DNA of 64,000 nt. It comes from Candidatus Endomicrobiellum guadaloupense (GTDB lineage Bacteria > Elusimicrobiota > Endomicrobiia > Endomicrobiales > Endomicrobiaceae). Under the pieces are notes generated by a model that did no database searches, was not told the DNA's origin, and worked only from the letters and a program-made list of their open reading frames with translations. The stretch's first letter is position 1; every line of letters starts with the position of its first letter. The stretch is taken from NCBI GenBank assembly GCA_031278895.1, contig JAITJN010000035.1, positions 1,380-65,379 on the forward strand, given 5' to 3'. This document shows, one piece after another, positions 1-8,870 of this stretch. Position numbers and translations under genes: made by a program.

Positions 1-830
1 GCACAATTTTTTAAACATCTTATATCTTTGATCTTATCTGAACAGTCAAAATCAGGCAAAGATACCATAGCAAGAATTTTACCTGTTTTTGGATCTTGAA
101 CTATACATATTGCTTTTTTTGCTTTATATTTTTCAAAGGCTTTTCTAAGCTCTTGCGCGGCTATAAACTGTATATTTCTATCTATAGTAAGTTCTACATT
201 GTACCCACAAATATCTTCAACATCAACTAATTTATTATGAATTACACGCCCTTTTCCATCACGAATTATCTTTGTTTTTATAGTTTCTCCTGAAAGATTT
301 ACATTGCATATTTTCTCAATACCTTCTAGTCCAAAACCATCGCAGTCAGTTATGCCAAGAATATGTGCTAAAAGGTGTTTTTCAGGGTATTGCCTTGTAT
401 ATTTAGTTTCAAAACCAATAGCTTTAAATTTTGCTGCCTTTATTTTTTCAGCGATGAAAGGATCAACATCAAAAGCTATTGGAATGTAAGACAATCCTTT
501 TAAATCTTCCAATTTTTTCTCTTTTATTTTTATCCCATTTTCTGACAACATTTTTCTTAATTTTTCAAAATTGTCTATCATTTTAGCGTCAAGAAAAATT
601 GTATATTTCTTTATACTTGTCGCTAAGATATTTCCTTTTGAATCAAGAATATCTCCACGTTTTGGAACTTCTACATTTTCCCGGTTGACCATTTTGTCAA
701 CAGCACGATTTATTTTTCCGTGAAGAAATATCTGTAAATATATAAGTTTTACAAACAAAAGAAAAAAGACCGATAGCGTCATAAACGCTAAAACAGTCTT
801 TCTGTTAATCCTATCTTTTTTCTTCCTCAT
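1..830 (-). CDS. ftsI: FtsI/PBP2-type peptidoglycan transpeptidase, N-terminal part (3' end lies beyond the left edge)
   Basis: Absent from the ORF track because there is no stop in the window. Hand translation of the minus strand from ATG 830-828 gives MRKKKDRINRKTVLAFMTLSVFFLLFVKLIYLQ...EVPKRGDILDSKGNILATS...YPEKHLLAHILGITD...GLEGIEK. This is a membrane anchor plus a PBP dimerisation-domain pattern. It follows rsmH-ftsL as in dcw clusters. Confidence 0.8.
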   Translation of the reverse strand, partial: MRKKKDRINRKTVLAFMTLSVFFLLFVKLIYLQIFLHGKINRAVDKMVNRENVEVPKRGDILDSKGNILATSIKKYTIFLDAKMIDNFEKLRKMLSENGIKIKEKKLEDLKGLSYIPIAFDVDPFIAEKIKAAKFKAIGFETKYTRQYPEKHLLAHILGITDCDGFGLEGIEKICNVNLSGETIKTKIIRDGKGRVIHNKLVDVEDICGYNVELTIDRNIQFIAAQELRKAFEKYKAKKAICIVQDPKTGKILAMVSLPDFDCSDKIKDIRCLKNC

Positions 831-840
831 TCTAAGGAAC

Positions 841-1092
841 CTAATTAATATAAATTACATACTTCTCATCTGGACGCGAAAGATTTTTTTCTTTAGCTAT
901 TTTATCCATTTTTTCCAAAGCAAGAATTGAATTTATTTTTAATCTCAAAATATCATTTTCAGAACTGAGCTTATCATGATCAGTCTGTAAACTACTAACT
1001 TTATATGCCATTCTCATTGACATATTTTGCTGCCATAAATAAGCAAAAACTGCAATAATCGTAGCCGCAACAAAAAAAAATGGTCTACGCAT
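841..1092 (-). CDS. ftsL: FtsL-like cell division protein
   Basis: 83 aa with one N-terminal TM helix followed by a leucine-rich coiled coil. It lies between rsmH and ftsI and overlaps the rsmH stop by 8 nt. Confidence 0.6.
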   Translation of the reverse strand: MRRPFFFVAATIIAVFAYLWQQNMSMRMAYKVSSLQTDHDKLSSENDILRLKINSILALEKMDKIAKEKNLSRPDEKYVIYIN

Positions 1093-1963
1093 TGATTATT
1101 TTCTCCGCAGCCCTTATTTTAGCACTTCTGCTTCTTGGGTTTACATTAACTTCTTCTTGAGAAGCTGTAATCACTTTTTTTGTAAGTATCTTGTATTTTC
1201 CATCTGAGGCATTTTTCTTAAAATCTTGCTTTACAATTCTGTCTTCTAATGAATGAAAACTAATTAAAACTATCCTGCCGCTTTGATTTAGCAATCTAGG
1301 GGCGTCAGATAACAGCATTTCCAAATTACCAAGCTCATCATTTACAAAAATTCTTAAAGCTTGAAAAACTTTTGTAGCTGGATTTACTTTCCCTTGAGAT
1401 CTTTTAGCAGAACATACAATATCTTTAAGTTCTAAAGCTGTATTTATTACTCCTCTTTTTCTGCGCAAACTAATTGCATCAGCGATTTGTCTTGACTTAT
1501 ACTCTTGTCCATATTTATAAAAAATATCAGCCAAATCATCGCGTGAATAAGAGTTTATGATTTCTTTTGCTGTTAAAGCATTTCTTTTATCCATTCTCAT
1601 GTCAAGAACATCAGAGTTAAAAGAAAAGCCTCTATCTAAATCATCAAACTGCTTTGAAGAAACACCAATATCTGCCAAAATACCATCAACTTTATTTATA
1701 TTAATTTCTGCTAAAGCATTTTTAATATTTTTAAAATTATTTCTTATAAAGACAACTTTATTATTAAAATCTTTTTTAATCTCAAGGAATCTATTCGTGG
1801 CATCTTCATCCCAATCAAATGCAATTATTTTAATTTTTTCAAACTTGTTTAGTAAATAAGAAGTATGCCCGCCACTACCAAAAGTGCAATCAATATACAG
1901 ACCTTCTGTATTATTAATTAAATATTGCGAAGTTTCCAAAGGCATTACAGAGATGTGATACAT
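1085..1963 (-). CDS. rsmH: 16S rRNA (cytosine1402-N4)-methyltransferase
   Basis: 292 aa with DCTFGSGGHT SAM motif, SFHSLEDR and a PRSRSAKIR tail, typical of MraW/RsmH. Located in the dcw position. Confidence 0.95.
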   Translation of the reverse strand: MYHISVMPLETSQYLINNTEGLYIDCTFGSGGHTSYLLNKFEKIKIIAFDWDEDATNRFLEIKKDFNNKVVFIRNNFKNIKNALAEININKVDGILADIGVSSKQFDDLDRGFSFNSDVLDMRMDKRNALTAKEIINSYSRDDLADIFYKYGQEYKSRQIADAISLRRKRGVINTALELKDIVCSAKRSQGKVNPATKVFQALRIFVNDELGNLEMLLSDAPRLLNQSGRIVLISFHSLEDRIVKQDFKKNASDGKYKILTKKVITASQEEVNVNPRSRSAKIRAAEKIINA

Positions 1964-1978
1964 TTATTATGGTCTATC

Positions 1979-2332
1979 CTACTTTGAAATTAAAATCTTT
2001 ATAGCCATTATTATCATTAAAACGGCAAAACATTTTCTAAGGACCTGATCTGGTAAATACTCTGCAAAATATGCCCCTAGAAACCCACCTATAACAAAAC
2101 CTAAACCGATTAAAGCTGCTATGCTAAGGTTTATATGTCCTTTTTTATAATATACTAACACTGAAATAAAACTAAGACAAATTACCGCTAGCGATATTCC
2201 TTGTGCTTGATGCTGAGTTATTTTTAATAAAAAAATCATAAGAGGTATTAAAATAATACCTCCTCCTATACCAAGAATGCCGCTAAGTATTCCAGCTGCA
2301 AGACCTATGACAACGCAAGTCAAAGTTTGCAT
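1979..2332 (-). CDS. TauE/SafE (TSUP, DUF81) family half-size membrane permease
   Basis: 117 aa, about four TM helices and the glycine-rich GILGIGGGIILIP motif typical of the TSUP family. Confidence 0.65.
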   Translation of the reverse strand: MQTLTCVVIGLAAGILSGILGIGGGIILIPLMIFLLKITQHQAQGISLAVICLSFISVLVYYKKGHINLSIAALIGLGFVIGGFLGAYFAEYLPDQVLRKCFAVLMIIMAIKILISK

Positions 2333-2348
2333 TATATTTTATCCTCAG

Positions 2349-2694
2349 CCTTATAAAGACGAATTATACACCGAATTCTGTCTTTCAAAGTTTGAAAGCG
2401 CAATCATTTCTCTGTTGTCAAAATTGCTTTTAACAATCAAGCGGCCATACTTCAGCCTTGCTTTCCGGTAAGGATTTGGCCGTTTCACCTTTCGCGTCTC
2501 CACGAAAGCTTATCCTTCTTTTACAAGGATACTTTCTTATTTCTAAGAAAAGCGTCTCTGTTCGCACCTCTACCCTCACGGGCGACAGGGATTGCCTGCT
2601 ACCGTTTACCTTAATAATATAAGGTTAAAGTTCGGACTTTCCTCTTTACATATCAAAAGACTGTAAAGCGATTGCGTATCCATCTTTATAAAGC
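2349..2694 (-). ncRNA. rnpB: RNase P RNA, bacterial type A
   Basis: 363-bp gap with no credible ORF. The minus strand contains AGAGGAAAGTCCGAAC (plus 2633-2644 = cggactttcctc), the universal P4 5' motif, and GACAGAATTCGGTGTATAA near the 3' end, the P4 3' strand. The termini form a P1 helix of about 14 bp (CUUUAUAAAGAUGG with UCGUCUUUAUAAGG). Confidence 0.8.
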
Positions 2695-2695
2695 A

Positions 2696-3406
2696 TTATT
2701 TCTTAAATAATATTCTAGAGCAATTATCGCAAAATACAAGCTCTTGTCCTTTGAGCGCTTGATTAATAAGCTGCATTCTTAAAACCATTCCGCATTCGCT
2801 GCAACTGTCCCCGTCAACAAGAGCCATTCCACGTCCATCGCGGCCATCTTTTAATCTCTCATAGTGAGGTAACATAGCCTTATTAATTCTTAACTTATGT
2901 TCTTCTATCACTTTTTCCAACGCAGAAACTTCTTCTTTAAGCTTGGCTATATTGCTTTCTATATCAGATATATCTTTCTTTGTATTTTTCTCAAATTCCT
3001 GAAGTTCATTTTCAGCAATTTTAACTTTTGCAGATTCTTCATCTACTTTTTCCATAAGAACCAGAAGCTCATCTTCAAGAACACTTCTATCAGCTTTCGA
3101 TTTTTCTATTTCCAAAAGTAAAGCATTATAAGTATCGTTAGATTTAACTGTATTAAGCTCCATAGAATGTTTTTCTATGACTTTTTCTTTACTCTCAAGC
3201 AAAGTCTCTTTTTCTTTTTTTAATGAAATTAAGGCTACATATTTTTTCTTTATCTCATTTAACTCAGCTTTTCTTTTACCCAAAGCTTTATTTTTCTCTT
3301 CAATTAAACCAGGAGCAAGGCTTATTTGTTTGTTGATATCTGCAATTTGTATGTCATAAGTTTGTAAATCAAACAACAAAGATAAACCTTGCTTTAAATC
3401 TTCCAT
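2696..3406 (-). CDS. Coiled-coil protein with C-terminal C4 zinc ribbon (COG1579 / CT398-HP0958-like)
   Basis: 236 aa with a long heptad-rich region followed by CSECG...CDNC. Confidence 0.75.
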   Translation of the reverse strand: MEDLKQGLSLLFDLQTYDIQIADINKQISLAPGLIEEKNKALGKRKAELNEIKKKYVALISLKKEKETLLESKEKVIEKHSMELNTVKSNDTYNALLLEIEKSKADRSVLEDELLVLMEKVDEESAKVKIAENELQEFEKNTKKDISDIESNIAKLKEEVSALEKVIEEHKLRINKAMLPHYERLKDGRDGRGMALVDGDSCSECGMVLRMQLINQALKGQELVFCDNCSRILFKK

Positions 3407-3478
3407 TTATCCCCCGGTTTTAGCAACGACTTTAATGTATTCGTGTACAGATTTAAATTGGATAACTCTATGATAACA

Positions 3479-3550
3479 TGGGTAGTGCAGGGTTTGAACC
3501 TGCGACCTCTCGCGTGTGAGGCGAACGCTCTTCCGCTGAGCTAACTACCC
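3479..3550 (-). tRNA. tRNA-Val (anticodon CAC)
   Basis: The reverse complement GGGTAGTTAGCTCAGCGGAAGAGCGTTCGCCTCACACGCGAGAGGTCGCAGGTTCAAACCCTGCACTACCCA folds by hand into a cloverleaf: 7-bp acceptor, GCTC/GAGC D stem, TTCGC/GCGAG anticodon stem with loop CTCACAC, and a GGTTCAAAC T loop. No CCA is encoded. Confidence 0.9.
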
Positions 3551-3581
3551 TAATACAACAAGAAAATTATAGCAAAATTAT

Positions 3582-3612
3582 AAAATAAAAAACTCCTGAT
3601 TTCTCAAGAGTT
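3582..3612 (-). terminator. Intrinsic terminator after tRNA-CAU
   Basis: Minus-strand RNA reads AACUCUUGA-GAAA-UCAGGAGUU, a 9-bp stem with one G.U pair and a GNRA loop, followed by UUUUUAUUUU. Confidence 0.6.
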
Positions 3613-3628
3613 AATTTAATATATTAAT

Positions 3629-3702
3629 TGGGCCTGGTAGGACTTGAACCTACGACCATTCGATTATGAGTCGAGTGCTCTAACCAACTGAGCTACAGGC
3701 CC
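3629..3702 (-). tRNA. tRNA with CAT anticodon, elongator type; probably tRNA-Ile2 (lysidine), alternatively elongator Met
   Basis: The reverse complement is GGGCCTGTAGCTCAGTTGGTTAGAGCACTCGACTCATAATCGAATGGTCGTAGGTTCAAGTCCTACCAGGCCCA. The cloverleaf folds by hand. The region ACTCATAATCG..TGGTCG..GGTTCAAGTCC closely resembles my recollection of E. coli ileX. It lacks the initiator features (1:72 mismatch and three G:C pairs in the anticodon stem). Confidence 0.85.
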
Positions 3703-3730
3703 ACCGAGTACTTATTTAACCGACGGATAT

Positions 3731-3760
3731 ATTATACTCAAAAAAAACTTTTTAAGTCAA
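3731..3760 (-). promoter_or_regulatory. Sigma70-type promoter for the tRNA genes
   Basis: On the minus strand there is TTGACT (3760-3755), an 18-nt spacer and TATAAT (3736-3731), about 30 nt upstream of the tRNA 5' end at 3702. Confidence 0.6.
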
Positions 3761-3779
3761 TTTTTTGTGTAAAAAGAGT

Positions 3780-4670
3780 TTATTCTGGACGCGTCTTCCA
3801 CTTACGGTGAAACCAAAACCATTGCTCCGGATATTCACGGACAATACTCTCAAGTTTTTTTAAATAGAAAGTATTTATTGCTTCTATGTCCTTATCTTCA
3901 TTACCAGTATTAGGCATTGGAACTTCAGTAAAATTAACTTTTATAACACCATTTTTCTGTCTTACGCCTAAAACTATAATTATTGGACATTTTACTCTCA
4001 AAGCAAAAATAGCAGCGCCCTTAGGTGTTGATGTACTCCTACCGAAAAATGGAACAAAAACGCCATGAGGTCCAGCATCTTGATCAGCTAAAAAAACCAC
4101 TATTTCATTTCTTTTTAAAGCCTTCATGACAGATCGGAAAGCCATTCCATCTCTGCTTATCGTTGCAAATCCTTGGTTAGTGCGGACATTATCTATCATT
4201 TTATCAACAAGAACATTAGATTGATTTGCAACAACTGCAGACATAGGGTATATCTTTGAGCAAGCTAAACCTGTAAGCTCCCAATTTCCTAGATGAGCAG
4301 ACATAAGAATTACACCTTTGCCGGCGGCATGGGATTTTTTGACTAAATCTTCATTTGTATAAACAAACAATTTTTTTATTTCTTCATCAGCCATTATCGA
4401 AAAAAACATAATTTCAACAACAGTCCTGGCAAAATTTTTATACGTGTTTCTAGCTATACGTTCTATCTCTGCTTTAGATTTTTTAGGAAAAGACTGTGTC
4501 AACATATCTATAACATGAGAACGCCTAAAATTAATCAAATAAAAAGAAATAATACCTATAAATTCACCAATTTTAACTGCAAGCTTGAATGGAGGTAGTC
4601 TTATAAAAAAAATTACTATTCTAAGAGATATATATTCCGTATAATTTTGAATCTTTGTTCTTTTAGTCAT
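3780..4670 (-). CDS. Lipid A late acyltransferase (LpxL/LpxM-HtrB family)
   Basis: 296 aa with an N-terminal TM segment, the HLGNWE motif and length typical of Kdo2-lipid IVA acyltransferases. Confidence 0.8.
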   Translation of the reverse strand: MTKRTKIQNYTEYISLRIVIFFIRLPPFKLAVKIGEFIGIISFYLINFRRSHVIDMLTQSFPKKSKAEIERIARNTYKNFARTVVEIMFFSIMADEEIKKLFVYTNEDLVKKSHAAGKGVILMSAHLGNWELTGLACSKIYPMSAVVANQSNVLVDKMIDNVRTNQGFATISRDGMAFRSVMKALKRNEIVVFLADQDAGPHGVFVPFFGRSTSTPKGAAIFALRVKCPIIIVLGVRQKNGVIKVNFTEVPMPNTGNEDKDIEAINTFYLKKLESIVREYPEQWFWFHRKWKTRPE

Positions 4671-4719
4671 CGTGTCAATTGTCCTTAATAAAAATTTTCT
4701 TTTTAAAGTCTATGGTCTT

Positions 4720-7700
4720 TTATGCTTCTTGAGCGCCGGGATCAGTTTCAGTTTTGCCCTGTTTATTCATTTTTACGGATATTATTTTTGAAACACCATG
4801 TTCTTCCATTGTTACTCCATAAAGAACATCTGCCATTTCCATTGTGCGTTTATTATGTGTTACAACTAGAAACTGTGTCTTTGATGAAAAATCTTTAATC
4901 ATAGCATTATATCTACCTACGTTTGCATCGTCTAAAGGAGCATCAACTTCGTCAAGAATACAAAATGGAGGAGGTTTAACCATAAAAAATGCAAAAAGTA
5001 AAGCAACAGCAGTTAAAGCCTTTTCGCCACCAGAACATAGAGAAATATTCTGCAACTTTTTCCCAGGAGGCTGCGCATAAATATCTACACCGCTTTCAAG
5101 CAAATTATTTTCATCGGTAAGCATTAAATCAGCTTCTCCACCGCCAAACAACTTTCTATAAAGCGTTTTAAAATTTTCCCTCACTATATCAAATGTCTTT
5201 TTGAAATTTTCTATAGTTGACTCATTTATTTTCTTTATAAGTTCAAGCAAATCATCTTTTGCTTTTAATAAATCTTGTTGTTGAGACAAAAGAAAGTTAT
5301 AGCGCTGCTCTAAAGCATCATATTCTTCTTGAGCTGCAAGATTAACAGATCCCAGACATTCCATCTTTCTCTTTATCTTTGATATTTCTTCATTATTTAC
5401 TTCAACGTCATTAAAAGCATTCTTTATTTCTTCATAATTCTTGCCATATGTTTCAGCTAATCTTTTTTCTAAATCACTCTTCTGATATTCAAAGTTTTTC
5501 AGATCAACTTGCATAGCGTTAACTTCATTGTTTAAACCATCAACTTTACTGCGTAAATCATGCCATTCATTAGTTTTAGAATCTAAAGTATCTTGAGTGG
5601 ACTGCCTCTCAGCCAAAGAAATTCGAATTTCCGCCTCTTTTTGAGCTTGGCTTTCATATAATTGCTGAATTTTTATAGTTTCAGTCTCTTGGGAAGTAAG
5701 CAATTCAGAAAGCTTCTCATCATTTTCTACAATTTTATTTTCAGCATACTGTATTTGCTGTTTTATATTTGCAATATTATCTGTCAAATACTGCTGGCCT
5801 TTCTGTTTATTTTCAAATTCAACAGTCTTTCTATCCCAAAGACTGCGAGCTTCCATCATTGACGGAGCTAAATCTTGTTCATCTTTTCTTACTGTTAAAC
5901 TATCATTTTCTATAGTTTTCAATTCTTCGTAAAATCTATTTCCTTCATCTTCGCAGTATAAAAGTTTTGTTTCAAATACAGATATTTTCTCATTAAATGA
6001 GTCTAGTTCAGCAGCTTTTATGCTTATCTCTTTTTTGTGCTTATTTATCTCTTCAATGATACTTTTTATATTATTTCTTTTTTCTTCTATCTGGATGTGC
6101 TTGCCTTCTATTTGAGTCTTTACCTTAATAGAGTCAAAATCATGTCTTTCTTTTTCTAGACGTAAATTTATTTGTTCTTCATTTATTTGCTCAATTTTAG
6201 ATTGTGTTGAAACAATATTTTGCCTAAGTTCTTCTGACTTAGCTTGAAGATTTTTTATCTGCTCTTCAATCAACACTGGTTTTTCAAAAGACATTTTCCC
6301 TCCACCGGAAACAACAACACTACCATAAACTTTATTTCCACAAATCAGAGATCCAGAACAAACGTAACGAATTATTTTCTCATCGGAAGTCTTATATCTT
6401 AAATGTTTTATAAGTTCGCTATGGCCTTGAGGTAAACCTATAGTAGAGCTTTGAACTGAGTCAGAAATTTTATCGGCAACTATAAAAGAAAGACGACTCA
6501 GGTTGTTTTCTTCTAAAAATTTAATAGCCTGCTCTGCTTTTTCAGTATTTTCGCAGACAAGGTAATTTAGCTTATCACCAAGAGCAGAAGCCACTAATTC
6601 CTGATCGCCTTCATCTGAATCAATTAAACTGCTTATTGGACCTCTTGTTAAATTGCCAAGCACCCCCAGTAGAGATCTTATTGAAGATCTCACTGGATCT
6701 CTTTGGTCAAACTCTTTAAGCGTAGCTACACGGGACTCATTTGATGCCAAAGACTCTTTATACTGTAATAAAACATTCTCCAAAGCTTTACATCTTTCTC
6801 CATTTTCTAAAATAGTCTTGCTTATTTCTTCTTTTTTCGTTTCAGAAGAACATAGAGAAGAGCTTGCAGCTTCAAGCTCAGCCTCTACAGCAGCTATTTC
6901 TTGATTAGTCGGCTCTACATCATTTTCAAGCCTTGATATTATTCTCTCTAAAGAGGCGACATCTGCATCTAAATGTATCTTACTTTCAGAAAGATCAGCT
7001 CTTAAATTAACTTGCTGCTCTTTTTCACATTCTATTTGTGAAAGTTTAGTTCTTATTTCATTTTCTCTAGTTTCTAGTTCAGACAATCTACTCTTTATAA
7101 AATTATATTGACGTTCTTTTTCTTTATAATCAGTCTTATATTTAACCAACTCATCTGATAGAGTTCCATCATCTAAATTTAAAGTTTTAAGTTGTTCTTC
7201 CATATAAACAACTTTTTCTCTATTTACTACTACTTCTTGTTCAAGTCTTTCTTTTTCAGACTTGATTTCTGCTTCTCTTTGCATGACATGTTGAACTATT
7301 TGGTCCGCCACGCCAATCTGCATTTTTATTTCGCTTAAGTCTCTATTTATATTAACATAAGACTCATTTTTTTCATCTAAAGAAAGCCTCATTCCTTGTA
7401 TACTAGCATCAAGTTGAGCCATAGAAGTACTTATTGATTCAAACTTTTTTATTTTAGGATCAAGCTCTGTTTTTATTCTTGATATTTCGTTGTCGCTGCA
7501 AGATATGTGTTTAACTAAAGAGGCAATCTCATATTTTGCAAGATCTTCTTGATATTGTTTATATTGTTTTGCTTTTTTCGCAGCAATGTCCAACGCTGTT
7601 ATCTGTTGCTTATGTATAGCTAAAGCGTCAGATAAGCGAGACATATCAGTATCTATTTTTTCAAGCCTTCTTAAAGTTTCTTCTCTTCTTACTTTATATT

Positions 7701-8205
7701 TAGAGACTCCGGCAGCTTCTTCAAACAATTCTCTTCTATCTTCTGGTTTTGCAGTAGTTAAAAAATCAACTCTTCCCTGTTCAATTATGGAATATCCATC
7801 TGAACCTATTCCAGTATCCAAAAACATATCTCTTATATCTTTAAGTCTGCATTGAGTTTTATTTATAAAATATTCACTCTCGCCACTTCTAAATAGTCTT
7901 CTTGTTACTGTAACTTCAGAATAGTCAACCGGTAAAATATTTTGCGAATTGTCAAAAGTTAGGGATACTTCAGCCATTCCAGTTGTAGACCTTGTTTGAG
8001 TTCCTCCAAATATCACTTCTTGCATATTGGAACTTCTCATTGATTTTGCTCTCTGCTCTCCAAGACACCAACGAATAGAATCTGATATGTTAGACTTACC
8101 ACAACCATTAGGGCCAATAATTCCTGAGATGCTTGGCTCAAAACCTAACAATGTCTTATCGGCAAAAGATTTAAAACCACACACTTCTACTTTCTTTAAA
8201 TACAT
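4720..8205 (-). CDS. smc: Chromosome partition protein SMC
   Basis: 1161 aa with Walker A GPNGCGKSN, a very long coiled coil with a central hinge, the signature LCSGGEKALTA and Walker B FCILDEVDAPLD. Confidence 0.97.
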   Translation of the reverse strand: MYLKKVEVCGFKSFADKTLLGFEPSISGIIGPNGCGKSNISDSIRWCLGEQRAKSMRSSNMQEVIFGGTQTRSTTGMAEVSLTFDNSQNILPVDYSEVTVTRRLFRSGESEYFINKTQCRLKDIRDMFLDTGIGSDGYSIIEQGRVDFLTTAKPEDRRELFEEAAGVSKYKVRREETLRRLEKIDTDMSRLSDALAIHKQQITALDIAAKKAKQYKQYQEDLAKYEIASLVKHISCSDNEISRIKTELDPKIKKFESISTSMAQLDASIQGMRLSLDEKNESYVNINRDLSEIKMQIGVADQIVQHVMQREAEIKSEKERLEQEVVVNREKVVYMEEQLKTLNLDDGTLSDELVKYKTDYKEKERQYNFIKSRLSELETRENEIRTKLSQIECEKEQQVNLRADLSESKIHLDADVASLERIISRLENDVEPTNQEIAAVEAELEAASSSLCSSETKKEEISKTILENGERCKALENVLLQYKESLASNESRVATLKEFDQRDPVRSSIRSLLGVLGNLTRGPISSLIDSDEGDQELVASALGDKLNYLVCENTEKAEQAIKFLEENNLSRLSFIVADKISDSVQSSTIGLPQGHSELIKHLRYKTSDEKIIRYVCSGSLICGNKVYGSVVVSGGGKMSFEKPVLIEEQIKNLQAKSEELRQNIVSTQSKIEQINEEQINLRLEKERHDFDSIKVKTQIEGKHIQIEEKRNNIKSIIEEINKHKKEISIKAAELDSFNEKISVFETKLLYCEDEGNRFYEELKTIENDSLTVRKDEQDLAPSMMEARSLWDRKTVEFENKQKGQQYLTDNIANIKQQIQYAENKIVENDEKLSELLTSQETETIKIQQLYESQAQKEAEIRISLAERQSTQDTLDSKTNEWHDLRSKVDGLNNEVNAMQVDLKNFEYQKSDLEKRLAETYGKNYEEIKNAFNDVEVNNEEISKIKRKMECLGSVNLAAQEEYDALEQRYNFLLSQQQDLLKAKDDLLELIKKINESTIENFKKTFDIVRENFKTLYRKLFGGGEADLMLTDENNLLESGVDIYAQPPGKKLQNISLCSGGEKALTAVALLFAFFMVKPPPFCILDEVDAPLDDANVGRYNAMIKDFSSKTQFLVVTHNKRTMEMADVLYGVTMEEHGVSKIISVKMNKQGKTETDPGAQEA

Positions 8206-8432
8206 TAAAATTTCCCTGTAAGTTTAATTTTTGTGTCTTTTTGAGAATAATCTTCCGGCGAGAGTCCATCATATGATTTTCTTAATCGTTCTAGATAACT
8301 ATTTGAAGTCTTATCATCATTTCTCAAAAAAGTTCTTGCAAGAACAAACGCGCTACACAATACCGCAGAAAATAAACATAATTTTCCTAAGCTTTCGCAA
8401 AAAGTAGTATTTTCTTTCAACATACTTTGCAT
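8205..8432 (-). CDS. Hypothetical small membrane protein
   Basis: 75-aa ORF with one hydrophobic segment, packed between neighbours. No recognisable family. Confidence 0.3.
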   Translation of the reverse strand: MQSMLKENTTFCESLGKLCLFSAVLCSAFVLARTFLRNDDKTSNSYLERLRKSYDGLSPEDYSQKDTKIKLTGKF

Positions 8433-8797
8433 TTCCTCTTGTCAGATTCTGCAATAATATCTCCGTGATAATTTACAAGTCTTGCTGATAAAGAATGATG
8501 TCCTTGATCAAAACCCGTCCAGTCAAACCACCAGTATCCGCTTCCAAATCTACAAGGAAGCCATTCTCCGTCATTGAATGAAATTTCAGCATATTCATCA
8601 TTAGATGCGCCTATACGCAATGCATAGTGCGGTCCATTAATTACTTCTGCTTCATTTGGGTAATCTATAACTATGTATGAACTTGATGGAACTTCTTCTA
8701 AAAAGATCTCTTTATTAGATGCTGGTTTAACAGTTTTCTTCTTAACAGTTCCTTCTTTTACTTCTACTTTTGTTTTTTTCTTTACAGATTTTACCAT
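8417..8797 (-). CDS. Hypothetical protein with a lysine-rich N-terminus and a beta-rich (E-set/Ig-like?) C-terminal domain
   Basis: I moved the start to MVKSVKKK (8797) because GGAGGA lies 6 nt upstream. The C-terminal part reads ...YALRIGASNDEYAEISFNDGEWLPCRFGSGYWWFDW.... No family recognised. Confidence 0.4.
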   Translation of the reverse strand: MVKSVKKKTKVEVKEGTVKKKTVKPASNKEIFLEEVPSSSYIVIDYPNEAEVINGPHYALRIGASNDEYAEISFNDGEWLPCRFGSGYWWFDWTGFDQGHHSLSARLVNYHGDIIAESDKRKCKVC

Positions 8798-8870
8798 TAC
8801 TGTTCCTCCGATTTCACAAAATTTCAACTTATTATAAAATCTTGTCTGAATCTTTGGAGAAAAAAAGTTG

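Noticed and set aside
2277-2471. Plus-strand 64-aa ORF and other small ORFs within 2333-2695
   Set aside because: The region is fully explained by RNase P RNA on the minus strand (conserved GGAAAGUCCG and ACAGAAUUCGG elements and a closing P1 helix).
3629-3702. The tRNA with CAT anticodon as initiator tRNA-fMet
   Set aside because: The acceptor stem begins with a normal G1:C72 pair. The anticodon stem (CTCGA/TCGAA) lacks the three consecutive G:C pairs typical of initiators. The overall sequence resembles tRNA-Ile2(k2C) or elongator types.
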